64,000 nt of DNA from Octopus sinensis (taxonomy: Eukaryota). The stretch covers positions 85,436,001 to 85,500,000 of the forward strand of contig NC_042998.1 in NCBI RefSeq assembly GCF_006345805.1. The letters run 5' to 3'. A program made the position numbers and the translations under genes. Shown piece by piece: positions 49,183 to 61,751 of the stretch (its first letter is position 1; every line of letters begins with the position of its first letter). Below the pieces are notes generated by a model. The model made no database searches and was not told the DNA's origin. It saw nothing but the letters and a program-made list of their open reading frames with translations.

Positions 49183-49776
49183 TTCATCTTCATCATCATT
49201 ATTATATGTTTAACTCTTGCTTTGTATTTGTACAAATTAACTCCAAGTCTCACCCAGAAACCTCAAGAGACAAGAAGTTAGAAGTTCACGTTGGTGTTAA
49301 GACTAGTTCCAATATCCTTCAGCCTCTTAGGTCACAGTTTGAGTGTTGTACCAAGTGTACCAATTATCTCAGGAACAACTGTCACCTTTGTGTTCTACAT
49401 TCTCTTCATTTCTCTGGCTAGCTCCTGATATTTTGCAATTTTCTCAATTTCTTTGATATCTACTCTACTATCATGTGGTATTGCACATATATGACAGAAG
49501 AGTGATATCAAAGAAATTTATTACCATTATCATTCAGTTGTCTTATTTTTATAGTACTTCACTGCACTACAAAGTGCAGCTCAGTGCACCTTAGGATGAG
49601 CTGTAGTTTGTTTTAGTACTGTTATGTTTTTACTGTATTCAAAGTGCTTTATTTAAGTTGTATGTGGTGCCTAGCAATACTATTTTCTGTATGTTATATA
49701 TAGATATTTGTAAGTTGCATTCTTCTTCTTCTTCTTCTTCCCCCCTCCTCCTCCTCCCTCTTCTTATTATCATTCA

Positions 49777-50202
49777 AATGTGATGAACTGGTAGAATCGT
49801 TAGCATGTCAGGCGAAATGCTTAGCAGTATTTCCTCTGCCGCTATGTTCTGAGTTCAAGTTCTGCTGAGGTCGACTTTGCCTTTCATCCTTTTGGGGTTG
49901 ATTAAATAAATACCAGTTACGCACTGGAGTCGATGTAATTGACTTACTCCCCATCCCCGCAAATTTCAGGCCTTGTGCCTATAATAGAAAAGGTTATTAT
50001 TATTATTATTATCATATTTAAGGTGGCAAGCTGGCAGAATCATTAGCATGCTGGATGAAATGCTTAGAGGCATTTCATCTGTCTTTATGTTCTGGTGCCT
50101 CTGGGATTGACTTTTGGGGTTGATAAATTACTCACTGGAGTCAATGTAATCGATTTGTCCCCCTCTCCCAAAATTTCCGGCCTTGTGCCTATAGTAGAAA
50201 GG
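49777..50202 (+). mobile_element. Two tandem SINE family A copies, each followed by (ATT)n
   Basis: Copies at about 49777-49992 and 50019-50202 (the second internally deleted). Confidence 0.85.
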
Positions 50203-50271
<69 letters not shown>

Positions 50272-50330
50272 GATGATGGTGGTGGTGGTGGTAGTAGTAG
50301 TAGTAGTAGTACTAGTAGTAGTCGTAGTTA
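50203..50330. repeat. Compound triplet microsatellite (ATT)n-(GAT)-(GGT)-(AGT)n
   Basis: Directly visible. Confidence 0.95.
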
Positions 50331-50776
50331 ATTAATCAGTCAAGTATGCCTTCTAAGGTTGATAGATTAAAGTACCAGTCAAGTGCTGGGGCTGATCAAA
50401 TCAATTACATTTGTTTCCACTAATTGTGTGACCTTCTGTCTACGTTAGAAATCGTTAATTAGTCAGAAGAGGAAAGGTAGTGTCCATGGACTTGGTACAC
50501 CCTAACCCAGACCAGACTTGTTACTGTAATAAATATTTAAAAAATTTCCAGTTTATAGACACACACACATGCTAATGCTGAAATAGTTTAAAGCTATCTT
50601 CTCAATATAGCTGTAAAACCTTTAAAATAATTTCAAAAAAAATATGAAGCCTAAGATCATTATGTTTATAACATTTATTGTCATCACCTATTTAACTTGT
50701 CAGCTTTCCTGTTGGAGTATCTCGGTGAGATCATAAAATCTCACTGTCGAACTGTGATTATACTTAAAGCTTTCTA

Positions 50777-50823
50777 TACTTGCTTCTGCAGTATACATAC
50801 TAAAATTGGAATGATACAGAGAA
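50777..50823 (+). pseudogene. U6: U6 snRNA 5' fragment, retroposed, with 14-bp TSD
   Basis: TACTTGCTTCTGCAGTATACATACTAAAATTGGAATGATACAGAGAA matches vertebrate U6 nt 2-48 at 41/47 positions by hand alignment, including the ACAGAGA box; CTTAAAGCTTTCTA at 50763-50776 and 50832-50845. Confidence 0.9.
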
Positions 50824-52029
50824 TAAATATTCTTAAAGCTTTCTAGCTTCTTCTCTGCCTACAGAAAACTGTGTCAGCTTGACACTAGCCTAGAAGAAAG
50901 GAATCAAATAAATTCTTGTCTAGGACAGTAATATTAACAAACCACAATGATTACGTACTTGCATATGGTGGCGGCGGTGATCGTGGTATTCCACTCTGTA
51001 TAGATTTTGTAAGTTGAAAGAAACAAAAACAAATAAAAATGCACAAGATGTGAAATTATTTGGATTGCGACCTACAATTATTGCAAAGACAATTTGAATA
51101 CCTCCCTTTTGTCTTTGTTGTTATCTTTCACCTGATTTTGTTTCAAATCTGTCATCTTCCAATTAAAGTTTCACTAGCTCACCTGCCATAAATGACTTGT
51201 TTGCTTTATTCATTTATTTTATTTTATTTTCTTTAGCTTAATTTGTTATGTTACAAACAAAACTGTTGTTCGTCAGAATATTTTTTTTTCTTTTGGAGAT
51301 GTAAAAACACAGAGGTAAAAAATATATATAGCAATATACCTAATAGAAATCTGAAATAATTCATTAATGAAATATAGATTGAAGTAAAACATGTTAAACA
51401 TAATGCTCAAATTTTAAAAAATAAAAAGCACAGTTTAAAAGTAAATCTTGAATTTTAATTAAAATCAAAAATAAGATATTGTAAAAATTATTTTAATTAC
51501 AATGTTATTCGTTGTATCATGTGAAATTGTTTCAGAACCTACATTTTGCTTTATTTGGCTAAATCTATGATGCCATTGGTAACTGTAAACTGTGAGGGCA
51601 TGAAATCATTTTTTTTTTTTAATGCAAATAGAATCTTATGATGTTCATGTATTTCATGAAATAAAATTATTCCAGTTAGGAACTTGAATTAAGTTATGAG
51701 ATAATATAATCAGAACCATTATTTGTTATCAATAGTCATATGCCAGGCAGTTGAAACATAATTCAGTAGAAGTTAGTAGCAGGTAAACAGAAACCATAAC
51801 CCAGTTTCAATTCTCAGCTAAAAGCATTCAATGTCTGAGGTTAAATGCCTATATAAAAAAATATCAATAATTGGCTGTGTAGTTACTGCAGTTAACTTCT
51901 CATCCACATGGTTTTGGGTTCAGTCCCACTGGATAGCACCTTGGGCTATGCAATCTTCTACTATAGCCCCAAACCAACCAAGCCTTGTGAATGGATTTGG
52001 AAGGTGAAAACTGAAAGAAACACTTCGTG

Positions 52030-54050
52030 TGTGTGTGTGTCACACACACACCAACAAAACAATACCCATACAGATACGCACACCTTTATAAACACCCAGT
52101 AGAGACACATACACGCATGTACATTACACTCACACAACCCCAGAGGAAACCCCACGCACACACGCATACATTCACACTCACACACACACATACATACTTA
52201 CACACACATACATACATACATTCACACATTTAATCACACATACATACATACACATACAAACAAACAAACATACACATACACACACATACACACACACACA
52301 TACATATACACATACATACATACACACACACATACATACATACACACACACATACGCACATACACATACACACACACATACGTACTTACATACATACACA
52401 CACACACGCACACGTTTACATGCATGCACACACATATATTTGTATCCAGGCACACGCTTTTTAGTTGAGGGATTGATGGAGTTCGTTTTTTTTTGGTGTG
52501 GGTGTTTGTGGGTCCGCGGGCACGCGCCTGGGGTGCGGCCGGCCCCATGTGCGTTGTGTGTGTGTGTGCGTGTGTGTGTATACATACATACACACATACA
52601 TGCATGCACGCGCGCACATATACATACCTACACGCACACATACACACATACATACATACCTACACACATACACACACACATACATACATACACAAGACAT
52701 ACATACACCCATACACTCACACATACATACATACACACACACGCATACATACATTACGCCCACACAACTCCAGAGGAAACCCCACGCACACACGCATACA
52801 TTCACACACACACACATACATACATTCATACTTTCATTCATACATACATACACACATACATACACACACACATACACGCATGCACACATACATACATACA
52901 CACACATACATACATACACACGCACACACATACATACATACACACATACGCACACACATACATACATACACACATACATACACACACACATACACATATA
53001 CACACACACATACTTACATACACTCATACAGACATACATACACACACACACATACATACATACATACCTACATACACACTCGCATGCACACTCAGACACA
53101 TGCATGCGCGTGCGCACGCACATATACATACATGCATGCACGCATGCCTGTGGGGTCTGGCTTTATTTCGGGCGTACGTCTGGGAGTGTGCGCGTGTACC
53201 TGTAGATTCGCATGCGCCTGTACCGCGAGAGTCTTTTCCATCAATCTTTCAGTTGTGAAGTGTGTCCTTGCATGCATATATATACACACATATAAACATA
53301 TAAACACACATATAAACCCCTACATTTGTACATACACGCACATACATACATACATTCACTCCCACGCACGTACACACACACATTTACATATATATACAAT
53401 ACACACATACACACGTACAAACACACTAATTCATATACACACCGACACATATACATACACAACATATACCTCCACGCGCACGCACACATACACATACGTA
53501 CACACATAAGCACAGACACACACATACATATGCACTTAAAAAGATGCGCACACATACGCACGCACACGCGCAAAAAGAAACTCACAACCCCACGGATACA
53601 CGCATATACATCCATTTACACTTACACACACACACATACAAACGCACACATACGCACGTACACACAACTACACGCACATACATGCACACACACACAAATG
53701 AACCCACACATACATCCCATATGGCACACAACCATGCATACACGCACACACATACATACATGCACACAATCATACATACGTATATATACACACACACGTA
53801 TACACTAAGTTAAGCACAGTTACTCGCCATACACACAAAAAAACGCACACACACACACATACTACAACAAAACACGCACACGATACATATACACGCACAC
53901 ACACATACCTCCCTGTTTCTGACCTGCCTTTCTGACTTGCTAGGGTACCCCCACACCACTCCTTAATTCCACTCCTTAATTCTACTACTGCCTGCTACTA
54001 GCCATTGTCCACCATACACACACATACACACACACTCACACACACACCCT
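52030..54050. repeat. ~2-kb degenerate (CA)n/(TACA)n low-complexity tract with internal duplications
   Basis: CCAGAGGAAACCCCACGCACACACGCATACATTCACAC recurs at about 52140 and 52770; the His/Thr/Tyr and Val/Cys ORFs here are artefacts. Confidence 0.9.
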
Positions 54051-54139
54051 TGTCATCTTTTTTACCATTCCTTCTTTGATTCAGCTCTCTTGTTTTTAAA
54101 AAACATTTTCCTCCATTTTTACCACATCCGTCTTTTTAG

Positions 54140-54340
54140 TATGTGACCTCGTGAATACTACCTGCAATTTTTTTTCCTCTGTCCTCCCGTCTCGGGATCT
54201 TTCTTTCTCCTATGTTTCCGACGAAGAGCTCCGCTCGAAACGTCAAACCCTCCTTCTTTCCTTCTTTCCTGAGCGTCCAATAATACTTTATTTGTTCCAC
54301 ATCCTTGCGTTGTTGTCTTTTTGTTTTCTTGTTTGGATTA

Positions 54341-54342
<2 letters not shown>
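54140..54342 (+). mobile_element. ~200-bp Penelope-like/retrozyme-like repeat carrying a minimal hammerhead fold
   Basis: A second copy at 20294-20482(-); ends at a (TA)n tract. Confidence 0.65.
54214..54248 (+). ncRNA. Candidate minimal type I hammerhead ribozyme
   Basis: GTTT-CCGACGA-A-GAGC(TCC)GCTC-GAAA-C|G-TC-AAAC: helix I GTTT/AAAC, core C(C)GACGA, helix II of 4 bp, GAAA, loopless palindromic helix III, GUC cleavage triplet. Confidence 0.6.
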
Positions 54343-54388
<46 letters not shown>

Positions 54389-54413
54389 TAGATATTACAT
54401 ATATAGATAGATA

Positions 54414-54578
54414 GGTGCAGGCATGGCTGTGTGGTAAGTAGCTTGCTTACCAACTACATGGTTTCAGGTTCAATACCACTGCATGGCACCTTGGGCATAT
54501 GTCTTCCACTATAGCTTCAGGCCAACCAAAACCTTGTGAGCAGATTTGGTAGGTGGAAACTGAAAGAAGCCCGTTGTG

Positions 54579-54611
<33 letters not shown>

Positions 54612-54812
54612 ATGTTTGTGTGGCTGTGTTTGTCCCCCCCACCCACTATCACTTGATTTGGTGAGTTTATGTCCCTGTAACTTAGCGGTTCAGCATAAGA
54701 GACTGATAGAATAAGTACTAGGCTTACAAAGAATAAGTCCTGGGGGTCAATTTGTTCGACTAAAGATGGTGCTTCGACATGGCTGCAGTCAAATGACTGA
54801 AACAAATAAAAG
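54414..54812 (+). mobile_element. SINE family B, full length
   Basis: GGTGCAGGCATGGCTGTGTGGTAAGTAGCTTGCTT head with B-box-like GGTTCAATACC, internal (TA)n(TG)n, tail GCAGTCAAATGACTGAAACAAATAAAAG. Confidence 0.9.
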
Positions 54813-55732
54813 AATATATATATACAAAAATTAGAATATTAGATATTTAAGCAACCAAATCCTTTAATGTGAGTGGAAGAATGAATATACAAATACCTAA
54901 ATAAAAATGATAACTAAGAAAAAATTCTATGTTTATTTTTATTATCCTTTAAATCTCACCTACTGAAGAGTACATATTCAAACTTCATGATGTTCTCTTT
55001 ATGAAAATCTTGGTCTTTTTGTCCGAAACAATTGTCTGGGAATATGAAATACAAGGAAAATCCATTTTAGCATGTAATCTGTTTCATTTCATTTATTTGA
55101 TGAAATTTATTGAATTTTGTTTAACAAATTAAGTCTTATATTGATTATATACATATATATATAAAAAAACACCCTGTACATTCTGTGAAGGGGTTGGTAT
55201 TTGGAAGAGTATCCAGCTGTAGAAACCTAAGCAGACATCACAGCTTGATGCAATCCTGTGGCTTGACAGTTTCTGTCAAACCATCCAACCCATACCAGTA
55301 TAGAAAATGGATGTTGGACAATGATGTGGGGGTGGGGTACACTATAACCACAGGCATATTGTTGAGATATATTTTCGTTACCTCCTCTACTAGTGATACA
55401 TTCATTCTTGCTACACCTTGAAAGCAACTTAGGCAAAACAAGCAAAGAGGATCCTAAGTACCTGTGGTTATAGTATACCGTTGATTGGAGATTAGTCAAA
55501 TGAGTTGATATTTTTCAATTTTTTCAGAACATTTATCTTCTACTAGATATGTAAGCAATAGTACTGTAATGAACTTAGTTACATTCTTATGTGTCAGCTA
55601 CTTTTCAAATCTAAAGGGTTTTCTGGCATTGGAAAGGAAACTCAGCCTCTGCAATTTTGTGTTTCTTTCAAATTTATATTTATGTTTGTTTTAGTTTTCT
55701 TTTATCATTACTTTTTTTCTTTTCCCAGAAAC

Positions 55733-55892
55733 ATGCATCGGACTATTGAAAAACAGTTCAAATTTGCGTATTCCAATGGGGCATCTGAATCAACAATGTG
55801 TGCTAATATAACCATTCCTTCAAGTCAGAAGCTTGAAAGTTTGGTTGCTCGTTTGATGAAGTTGAATGGGCTTCCTTGTTATGTTGAAGACA
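55733..55892 (+). CDS. C12orf4: First coding exon of a C12orf4/FERRY3-like gene
   Basis: Strong acceptor TTTTTTTCTTTTCCCAG (55728), ATG at 55733, donor GTAAGT at 55893 (phase 1). MHRTIEKQFKFAYSNG...LVARLMKLNGLPCYVED aligns by eye with the recalled human N-terminus REFVYKFKVG...LHGRLMLLHSLPCFIEKD; no further exon recognised in the window. Confidence 0.72.
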
Positions 55893-58800
55893 GTAAGTAG
55901 ATTTCTTTGACAACTTCAAAAACAAAAATAGGACACATTTATATATACTTTATTAAATCACTGTATGTTTTTATTTTATTTTCAGTTCTCTCATTCAAGC
56001 ATGTTTGTAGGTGTCTGTATGTATTAATGTTCTTAATATTTAGAGCTGTAAATTGAAGTTGATATAACAGATACTGTAGAGGGATAAAAGAAAATGCAAA
56101 ATAGCATTTAGTTTTGGTTTTGTGTTTAATTCTTCTGACTCTATTTTCCTGTTGTAAACACTGTCTTTGTTTCAATTAATTTTGAGGATATTGAAGATTG
56201 AGTTATTTTGCTGAATAGTAAAAAAAACTTTGTTATTATTAAGCTAGTGTTTGGAACATAAAAATCAACATGAAATTTTGATGGATGGTTTTAATTTAGA
56301 TAATTTTAAAACCAGAAGTTTGTTTTGTAGAACTGAGGTGGGGTGTCATGATGGGGTGTAAATTCTGCAAGGACCAGCTTTGTCAATCAAACTGAGACAT
56401 CAGTAAAATAAGTAATAGTTATCAATTCAGTTGACTTTACCTCTCTGAAAATTTACCTATACCTAATCAAAATAACCTATTATTTATTCTGTTGAAAGGA
56501 TGGTGGTTATAAATATGACTAGGTTTCTATATATATTTAGTTCATCTCTTTAGGTTTTACTGTTTCAATCCCCATACCCGTAGGCAGAAATTTTATCTCT
56601 GTGAGGTCAATGAAATATACAGGTGTGCTTTTATTCATTCAATCAAATATAGTTCTCTTTCTTACAAAGGTAATCTTTATTACAAACCAACATTTTGACC
56701 TAGAGTTGATCCCCAATCTAATGGGTCAAATTTGTGACCCAATTGTGATACCTGGTTGTAGCTATTTCAATTTGCACACCCATTGTTGATATTGTTGATT
56801 AGTCTTGATCAATCTAACCCATGATCAAAAGCATTCCAGCTATGACTATCCCTCTTTTTCAAGCATTGTATACCTTACCCTCTGTGATACATCACATTAT
56901 CTAATGTGTCCTTTTTTTTTAAAGGTTATAGGTTGCTATTTCTAACACATCAAACAACCACATAGAAACTTCATTGTTGGTGCAAGTCATTCACTATTAG
57001 TGATTTGGCAAACCCATGAATGTTACATTTCTCATTTATTCCACTGTAAATCTGAGGTCTTGTGCTTTAATAACAAGAGAAATTGACAATCTAATTACAA
57101 TTTTTAGTTACAATTATTTATTTATATTGCCAATGCATTGAAGAAAGGTTTGGCTGTCACAGTTTTGTCTTTCCTTCTACTTCAATTCATTTATTTTGTC
57201 TCTCTGTATGAAATAAATATTTCAAGCCAAACAGGGAGTCTCTATGTGATTACTCAACCCACTGATAACAACAGCGAAATATTTCAGATTACATCCAACT
57301 GTCTTAAAAAAAAGATGAACACATTAAACAATGAGGCCCAAGTTCCACTGTGTCTGAGAAAATAAAAGTGGGGTGATTTACAGCAGAAACATTTGTGATT
57401 ATAGGCTTGCTTGGTCAGAAATAGTGAGTATATCCAGGTTTCTGAATAAAAGCACCAGATCCCTGCATGTTTTAGCCATGATGAGTTCATCACGAGGTAC
57501 ACAATGCTAAAAACCCACTTCAGTAGAGAGAAAGGGCTTGAAATAATTATCATCGTTTTGTTGTCTAATCAATCGGAACTGACATGAAAGTAAAAGAAAA
57601 TATCATGAATATTTATGTTTTTCCTCCCTAACAGAAACAAGAATGAGAAATCTTTTGCAACAGTTTAGCCTACACTAAATATTTGTCTCATTTAGTTTTG
57701 GTATCACATGTTTATTTATTCAATGTTGACTTAGCTCCTTCTGAGTGAACATAATACAAGTAATTTTGTGGGATCACTTTTATCGATTGCAACTTTGTCT
57801 CCTTTGAAAAGGATTTTGTAATTCAACAAAGTGTGAATGATTAATTATTTTATGGCATTTAAGGCACGCATTTTGTGTGCCTTTATGTTGGTATGCTGGT
57901 TGAAGTCATGTTCCACTTTAAGTCATTGGATTTTGTCTGCTAGGAAAAACATAGTTGTTAAGTGCAGTAGTCTAATGGTTAATCTTTATTTTAATCCTCC
58001 ATTATTTACCGGGTCAACTCTGAATGTGTGAATGACAAGCATCTCAAGGCAGTTTTTCTTAATAAAATAAGAGTTACCTTTGCAGAACCCATGTAAAATT
58101 CATAATGGGCCACATTTTCAAGCAGTGTTTTATGGTCAGATGACTCCCCTGTTGCCTCTTACAACATACAAGTGTATAATGTTATATCTATTCTAAAACC
58201 TGGATATATACAATATCTTTGTTTCAATAATTTGATTAACTTTGCTGACACATTGGAAAATTGCAGCTTCTCATTTCATTCTCCTGTGACAAATTTTAGA
58301 TTTAATTCCTGTCTCATAAATCAGAGTCACGAGGTTTTACTTTTAGAATAGGAATAGGATGTTGTAACGTTCACCCCTTTCTACCTAGAAATTAACACAA
58401 TGGGAATGGAAATAGTGTTCAGCCAAAATTTGAACAACTTGTGCATTCACTCTATTAATCGAGTGATTGATATCTGTGTAAGAAACTATTATTTCATTGT
58501 GCTATGATATAGATATATAACTCCAAAATTTTTTTTTTTTTTACAATTTACACCGACATTTTGTAGATTGAAATTTTTTTATGAATGAGAGAGAGAGAAA
58601 GAAGTGAGGTAAAATGCTCTTAATAATTGTGAGAAATGTTCATTATTCAAAGAATAATGACTTCTGCCAATAAAGCATATCAAACTAACAATTGAGACAC
58701 CCCCTCCCTTCTTTTTTTATTTCGATTATTATATAATGAGACTGTATTGTTAGTAGTTTATTAACAGTGAAGAAGTAGCAGTGTGTCTGGCAACCTACGG

Positions 58801-59562
58801 AAACGTAATCAATAGTACAGCCATAACTTATGCTGGTACCTTGAATTCTTTTCCATTATGTCATCATAATCATAAGCATCATCATCATCACTGTCATGTC
58901 CAAAATCGCCATCATCATCATTGTCATATCAATAATCATCATCATCAACATTATCAATAAAATCGTCGTCATCATTGTTTTTATCATCATTAACATTGTG
59001 TGCTGTGATTATTACAGACATTATGTAATAGCTTAGAGTGAAGTATTAGCATCAATTATAATTCTGAACTGTTGTGCTAAATATATCTATTGATATGCTG
59101 AAATGAATTTAAATGATTCAAATTTGCCGAAGAATATTGATTTAGGTTTTAATAATATAAATAGTTAAAATTAAGAGCTTAAACGACTGGGTGTTTGAAA
59201 GAATAGTGATGTTGTTGTTGTTATTGTGTTTTTCTAAACAATCTCAATTCAGTTTCCAGAAAATAATTCAAATTGAATAAATAAATATGAAATGGAATAA
59301 ATAATGTACATAAATAATAAAAATCAACAGAAGCATCGTCTAAGAAGAATGATTAAATCTAAAGTTCAGAGTTAATTAAACACAGCCTGAGAGAACTGTG
59401 TCTTAAAAGAATAATTAACTAATAGAGACAATTAGGAAAAGGAAAAAAATAGCAAAAATCTAAAGCAAACAATAATGCTGACCGGCCTATTTTATCTCAC
59501 CATCACAATCTAATGAGAGAGGACCTTTCCTCTATGGGATCAGTTTCATCAACATCATCATT

Positions 59563-59948
59563 ATCATCATCGTTTTAACTTCCATTTTTCCAAGCTTGCA
59601 TGGGTCTGATGGAATTTTGTTGAAATGTAGATTTTCTACAGCTAGATGCCCTTCCTGTTGCCAACCCTCATCTGTTTCCATATAAGATAATATTTCCCCA
59701 TGATCAGACATGTGTCAGAAGATTTGGAACAAAGGACATTATTTTCATGATGGAGATCACACACACACACACCCATACACACATGGACAATGAGCTTCTT
59801 TCAGTTTCTGTCTACCAAATTCACTCACATGGCATCAGTCAGTCTGGAGCTATAGCAGAAAACATATACCCAAGATGCAACACAGTGGGATTGAACCCTA
59901 AACCATGTGATTTGATAGCAAACATCTTACCACACAGTCACACCTGCA
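59563..59948 (-). mobile_element. SINE with a family-B head and an RTE-type tail
   Basis: CATCATCATCGTTTTAACTTCCATTTTTCCAAGCTTGCATGGG tail and CACACAGTCACACCTGCACC head. Confidence 0.75.
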
Positions 59949-60959
59949 CCTGTTTAACTGCTAGAAATAGCAACCAAATCTCAAGTCTCCTTCAACTGCA
60001 GCTCTAACTGTTTAAAAATAAAAGGGAGGAACACAATAATGTAATCCTAAAAGAAGACTGGATGGTCACAGTTGGAACAGTTTTCATCATAAGTCTGTTC
60101 AGTTAGTGTTGACCCCATGATACTGCCACAATTGTAATTTCTTGACTTTGTTAGATGTCAGCACCAGTTGGCTAAGTTCCTTAGTTTTCTGGGTAATCAG
60201 CCAAGAAATTAGCAGTTCATATCATATGGCCAGTTCATAATGTGGTTGATAATAATGCTGATTCATGGGTTTTGCTCTTGTAGTCTGTTTTTATGTGGAA
60301 TAATTTAAGGATAGTAATTCTTTATTCAATTTCTTATCTTGTTATGCTGTGGCTTGCTCAATTCTCAATCTAAAATCTATATTTATCATGTTATAGTGGT
60401 GGTGGGAGTCATGAAGGTGGGGATATGGTGGGTATGGTAGTAGTGATGATTGTGGTGCTGGTGGTGACAGCAGTTGGTCTTCAGATTGAACAAGACAAAA
60501 GTATGTTTCCATTAGTTTTTCAAATAGTTTGTCAGTCATAATTTCTGAGGTAAGCATCATTGCCTATAGAACCAGTGCAGATAGCACACAGCTTCCAGTC
60601 CAGTGCTCTGCCGATTTGTCACCTGTCTTTATCATACACGTTACAGTATTGAACAGAATGCCTTGTATTGTTTGTTGTGACTTCCTGCAGTTTGAGTTCA
60701 AATCTTGCTGAGGTGATTTTTACTTTTCATTGTTTTGGATATTGATAAAAGAAAGAAAAGTTCTTATCCAGCTCAATAAATTGGTGAAATTGTCAGACAA
60801 TTGTCAGACAACAGGTGTGTGTGTGTGTGTGTATCTGTCTGTCTATCAGTCTCTCCCTCTCTCTCTCTTTATCTATCTATATTGTTAGAATGTTAGTGGA
60901 TGTGTGTGTGTATGTATGTATATATATGTATAGAAATTAAATATAAAATATAAATTATA

Positions 60960-61420
60960 AAGTGGGACAAGAACGCAAAAACACACAAGGAGACGACACA
61001 AAAAAACAGACGGGTCACTCGAGGCCTCTAATCTTCAGTCGGGAACCGGATCATCTTAGTAATTTCAGCTGTTTAATCTCGATATTACTCCAACCCGGCC
61101 AGCCCCAAGGAAAATCCAAGCCACAGGCATTGGATTTCTTGGAAAGAGGGTCGAATGTATACGGAACAAAGACAGGATGCCACACGAATATAAATACAAG
61201 AAACAAAAATATATATAAAAAACAGAAATAAAAAACACGAAGGTGGACAGTACAAGGACAGGAGCGTCTTACGACTTTAGACAATTTTTAACTTATCTTG
61301 GCTGGCGTATATGAAAAAAGCCTTCAACGGCAAAAACGAAAACAACGTGAGCGTGGCCGCGGTCAGGCCGAAATGACCAGTTTGAACGCGGTCACGTGAG
61401 AGCACGGAAGAAAGAGAAAG
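60960..61420. repeat. Unclassified CpG-rich interspersed repeat between (TA)n tracts
   Basis: Composition is distinct from the flanks and it is bounded by microsatellites; single copy in this window. Confidence 0.4.
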
Positions 61421-61702
61421 AAAAATATATATATATATAAAGTTGGATGATATATAAGTTTAAAAACTATAAGAAAATTGAATTAAAATAATTTTTATGG
61501 TGGAACTCAAAGTAAATAAAGCTAAAAATAATAGCATGTAGAATACTGGGTTAAAAATCCCTTTGGATGAACTAAAGCCAGTCTTTTTCTATGCAAAAGG
61601 ATTCTTAGAATATTATTCTACAGCATTTTATTTATAACTTTATCTGCAACAAGTTCCTCTATGTAAGAATTACATACATACACACATATACACATACATA
61701 TA

Positions 61703-61749
<47 letters not shown>

Positions 61750-61751
<2 letters not shown>

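Noticed and set aside
52178-53813. Long ORFs of up to 338 aa rich in His/Thr/Tyr or Val/Cys/Met
   Set aside because: They are translations of (CA)n/(TACA)n, which lacks stops in several frames; no splice or domain evidence
61005-61045. Second hammerhead candidate on the minus strand (CTGAAGA...GAGGCCTC GAGT GACCCGTC)
   Set aside because: It lacks GAAA and helix I does not pair; at best a decayed remnant
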